This document shows positions 61,274 through 64,000 of a stretch of 64,000 nucleotides of DNA, piece by piece. The notes under the pieces are model-generated. The model saw only the letters and a program-made list of their open reading frames with translations, had not been told where the DNA came from and searched no databases. The DNA is from Colwellia polaris. GTDB lineage: Archaea > Nanohalarchaeota > Nanosalinia > Nanosalinales > Nanosalinaceae. Within the stretch, counting starts at the first letter, position 1; each line of letters begins with the position of its first letter. The position numbers were made by a program, and so were the translations under genes. Location: the NCBI GenBank assembly GCA_047617785.1, contig JBLGBK010000003.1, forward strand, positions 15,663-79,662. Reading direction: 5' to 3'.

Positions 61274-62779
61274 ATGAAAGCAAAATTACTCTCTCTAATA
61301 TTGCTGCTTTTTGCAGCCTCTGCGGCAGCTCAGGTCACCTATGATATAGATAACGGACTTGAAGAGGCTACCATGTCTGTAGATGTAACTCTAGACTGTA
61401 GCACTATCAATTGTCCTCGTCTGACATGGGGTATGCCATCTGGTTTTGATCTGGTTAGTGTTACAGGTCCTGATGGCGAAAGCCTGGATTATAAGGTGTC
61501 AGGAGGTCAAGTAGAGATAGATACGGGCCGTTCAGGAGGCAGAGATGAGAAAACAATAACGATACAGTTTAAATCGACTGAAGAAGCTAGGGAGATATAT
61601 TCCGGGCTTTACAAGCGGGAGCTCTCTCTTTCAGCTTTTGAAGGAGATACTAGCGGCATAGTTGATAGCGAAAATCTTATCTCTGGCAATGTCGGCTACG
61701 GATTCCAAACTTCTTATGCGGAAAGACAATACAACTTTACAGGCCGTGGACCGGTCAATATTGATATTAACTTTGGTGAAGGTGAGAAAACAGATTACTA
61801 TGTTCTTTTCGGATCATATGAGGGTTCTAAATCTCTTTCAGGAGTATATGAAATTGTTGCAGGCACAACTGGCAGAGTTCAGAACTATGAAAGAATCCCT
61901 GTAGCAGTTATACCAGGTTCCGTATACAATCAGACTCAAAGCAGTTGGAGTTCTGGTGAGTACGGCGGCGGAACAATCAGGATTCGAGGAGATTTAGAGG
62001 ATGATTTCAACAAGACTCTCGCTCATGAAACAGTTCATGCTGTAAATGATGAGATACTTGACTGGGACAGAACTTCCTCATCCTACATTGATGAAGGAAC
62101 AGCTAAATACGTAGATTATCTTGTAGATCGTCAGAGCGTCCCTGTAAATCAGCGAGACCAGAGAATTAGGCGGCTTTTTGGAGAAGAAGTCAGCTATACG
62201 ACTACTATAGATGGTCAAAGGTATAAGATAACAAAGCCTTCAAGAGGTGATAGAGAGGTTCTATGGAACTACTATGAGCAGGATGCAGATTTTATGAAAA
62301 CATGGAAGCCTTCTGATGCAGAATACAGGGATTTTGGATATGCCTACTCTGAACTGATTATCCGGCATAATATCTTGGAAAAAGATATGGAGCTATCTGA
62401 AATGTATGATTACTTCCAGATGGATCAGAAAATAAGTGATCCTGAAGTTAAATGGGCCGATCTATCTGAAAACCTAGATTTGACGCCGTGTAAGACGGAT
62501 AACAGGACAGAGTTTGATAACTGTCTTGAAGAAGTAAATGACCATTCTCAGTTCACAACTTATACTGCCGAACCTGAGAGAGGGTCCACATCTCTGAAAA
62601 TAGAGAAGAAACAACCTCCAGAAGAGGGAGATATAGAAGATGTAAATGGAACCCTCTTGGGTAATGAAACTGAAGTAGAGGAGCTAGGTAGCAGGCAGTC
62701 ATTTGCCTCTTTCGTAACAGATTTGGTGCGGTATATTCTGGAGGGAGTTTCAAATTTTGTAAACAGCAATGTGGAGTAA
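61274..62779 (+). CDS. secreted gluzincin-type metallopeptidase-like protein
   Basis: Signal peptide MKAKLLSLILLLFAASAAAQ. HETVH followed by exactly 18 residues and then E (IDEGTA), which is the HEXXH-X18-E motif. Confidence 0.55.
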   Translation: MKAKLLSLILLLFAASAAAQVTYDIDNGLEEATMSVDVTLDCSTINCPRLTWGMPSGFDLVSVTGPDGESLDYKVSGGQVEIDTGRSGGRDEKTITIQFKSTEEAREIYSGLYKRELSLSAFEGDTSGIVDSENLISGNVGYGFQTSYAERQYNFTGRGPVNIDINFGEGEKTDYYVLFGSYEGSKSLSGVYEIVAGTTGRVQNYERIPVAVIPGSVYNQTQSSWSSGEYGGGTIRIRGDLEDDFNKTLAHETVHAVNDEILDWDRTSSSYIDEGTAKYVDYLVDRQSVPVNQRDQRIRRLFGEEVSYTTTIDGQRYKITKPSRGDREVLWNYYEQDADFMKTWKPSDAEYRDFGYAYSELIIRHNILEKDMELSEMYDYFQMDQKISDPEVKWADLSENLDLTPCKTDNRTEFDNCLEEVNDHSQFTTYTAEPERGSTSLKIEKKQPPEEGDIEDVNGTLLGNETEVEELGSRQSFASFVTDLVRYILEGVSNFVNSNVE

Positions 62780-62851
62780 ACTTACGGCTCTTTTTCCTTC
62801 TTTAACGAGTGCCTGTTTAATAAGCTCAATTAATTTAATGAAAAATCATAG

Positions 62852-63796
62852 ATGAACGATCGCTTCCGCAGAATTATGGATACTTATCTTAAGGGAATGG
62901 CAATGGGAGCAGCAGATGCAGTTCCGGGCGTCTCTGGAGGAACTATCGCTCTTATAACGGGTATATACGAAAGACTGATTGATGCGGTAGCGGGATTGAC
63001 CGGTCAAAAATTAATTTATACAGCTAAAATACTAGATAAAGATCGCCAAAGTTTCTACCGACAACTGAAGGACCTTGAAATCCCTTTCCTCACTGTACTG
63101 GGTGCAGGAGTCCTATCCTCTCTGCTTATAGTACTCAATCTGATGCATTATATGATATCAAGTTTCCCTGTGGAAACCTACGGTTTCTTTTTCGGTCTTA
63201 TAGCTATCTCTGCGCTTGTACTTTACAGTGAAGTTGATCTAAGCTCTTTGAGAAGTAAATTAGCAGGTTTAACAGGATTTATGGCTGCATTTCTACTTTC
63301 GGGCTATGCGGCTACATCGATAGGCAACAGTCTTCCCGTAGTTTTTCTATCAGGGGCTGTTGCGGTAAGTGCCATGATACTTCCTGGTATATCCGGATCC
63401 CTTATCCTCGTAATCCTTGGACAGTATGAATACATGACTGCAGCACTCTCACGTTTCACAGATGCAGTAATTAATATACGAGAAGCAGGAGTAGGCAATG
63501 TTGCTGAGAATGCGCCTCCTGTAGTAGTATTCGTTTCTGGGGGAGTAGTAGGTCTGCTATCTATAGCTCACTTGGTAAAGAAGGCTCTGGATAAATACAG
63601 GAAAGCCACAATGACGTTTCTCGTCAGTATGATAGTAGGTGCTTTAAGAGCTCCTGTAGAAGAAGTAAATGTTCATCTAGCAGAGCAAGGCGTAGAATGG
63701 ATAACTGTATTGCCAGAATTTATATCCGCAGCAGTTTTAGGAGGCATAATGGTATTTATCCTTGATTACAGAACTTTATCGGATTCTATAACGTAG
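62852..63796 (+). CDS. DUF368-family membrane protein
   Basis: GAADAVPGVSGGTIALITGIYERL, repeated later as ILPGISGSLILVILG. About 8 TM segments. Confidence 0.8.
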   Translation: MNDRFRRIMDTYLKGMAMGAADAVPGVSGGTIALITGIYERLIDAVAGLTGQKLIYTAKILDKDRQSFYRQLKDLEIPFLTVLGAGVLSSLLIVLNLMHYMISSFPVETYGFFFGLIAISALVLYSEVDLSSLRSKLAGLTGFMAAFLLSGYAATSIGNSLPVVFLSGAVAVSAMILPGISGSLILVILGQYEYMTAALSRFTDAVINIREAGVGNVAENAPPVVVFVSGGVVGLLSIAHLVKKALDKYRKATMTFLVSMIVGALRAPVEEVNVHLAEQGVEWITVLPEFISAAVLGGIMVFILDYRTLSDSIT

Positions 63797-64000
63797 AATC
63801 GCCGCTATTCCTCCCATATTAAGAAGTCTTTTACCTTCTTCATGATCGCTGGAGATAATCTCCAGGTCGCTGGACATTTCCTCAGCTTTTTCCCCAAGTG
63901 CATCAACTATATCCCCGATCTCCTTTAAGTCCATGTCCTCGCCGCATTCAGGGCATTCGATATCGTCATCTATCTCTGCTTTCTCCTCAAATATCTTGTG
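63776..64000 (-). CDS. C-terminal fragment of an unknown protein whose start lies beyond the window
   Basis: Not in the ORF track. My translation is ...HKIFEEKAEIDDDIECPECGEDMDLKEIGDIVDALGEKAEEMSSDLEIISSDHEEGKRLLNMGGIAAILRYRIR, with a stop at 63776-63778. It overlaps the DUF368 3' end by 21 nt. Confidence 0.3.
   Translation of the reverse strand, partial: HKIFEEKAEIDDDIECPECGEDMDLKEIGDIVDALGEKAEEMSSDLEIISSDHEEGKRLLNMGGIAAILRYRIR

Noticed and set aside
1-64000. CRISPR arrays, rRNA genes, transposases, integrases, prophage or other mobile elements.
   Set aside because: I found no regularly spaced direct repeats, no rRNA-like sequence, and no ORF with transposase, integrase or capsid-like motifs. 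The longest non-coding stretches are under 400 nt.

Overview
This is a densely coding archaeal chromosome segment, roughly 90% coding by eye. The predicted proteins are strongly acidic and GC looks to be in the low 40s percent (not computed). All calls come from my own motif recognition; no database search was possible.

Most of the window is informational housekeeping:
- Translation: aIF5B, the L7Ae-S28e-L24e cluster, S2, aIF2-alpha, L44e, S27e, Nop10, GluRS and GatD/GatE.
- Transcription: RpoK, RpoL and TFS.
- Replication and repair: Gins51, a fused primase, PCNA, RFC large and small subunits, XPD (partial), XPB, NreA and Lhr.
- Other: thermosome, RNase J, enolase, pyrophosphatase, and two adjacent tRNAs, one carrying a 91-nt intron.

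Seven short genes fall below the ORF-track cutoff and were recovered by hand: L24e, S28e, RpoK, Nop10, S27e and two zinc-finger miniproteins. Two genes that run off the window edges were also recovered by hand.

The accessory content sits in a few places:
- A ~9.3-10 kb type IV pilus-like locus (about 36.7-46.8 kb). It has one secretion ATPase, a split platform protein and seven prepilin-like ORFs. One of these ends in a domain that reads like an ILEI/FAM3 'GG' fold.
- A BatA-N/vWA membrane protein pair, followed by a repeat-containing Q/N-rich disordered protein.
- A secreted HEXXH-18-E metallopeptidase.
- An ABC-2 exporter.

The acidic proteome, fused primase, missing ndk, split platform gene and frequent overlapping gene ends suggest a small-genome halophilic DPANN-type archaeon (Nanohaloarchaeota-like). 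This is an inference, not a demonstrated assignment. I saw no rRNA, CRISPR array, transposase or integrase. The pilus/adhesion locus is my best candidate for an under-described system, but its general class is known.
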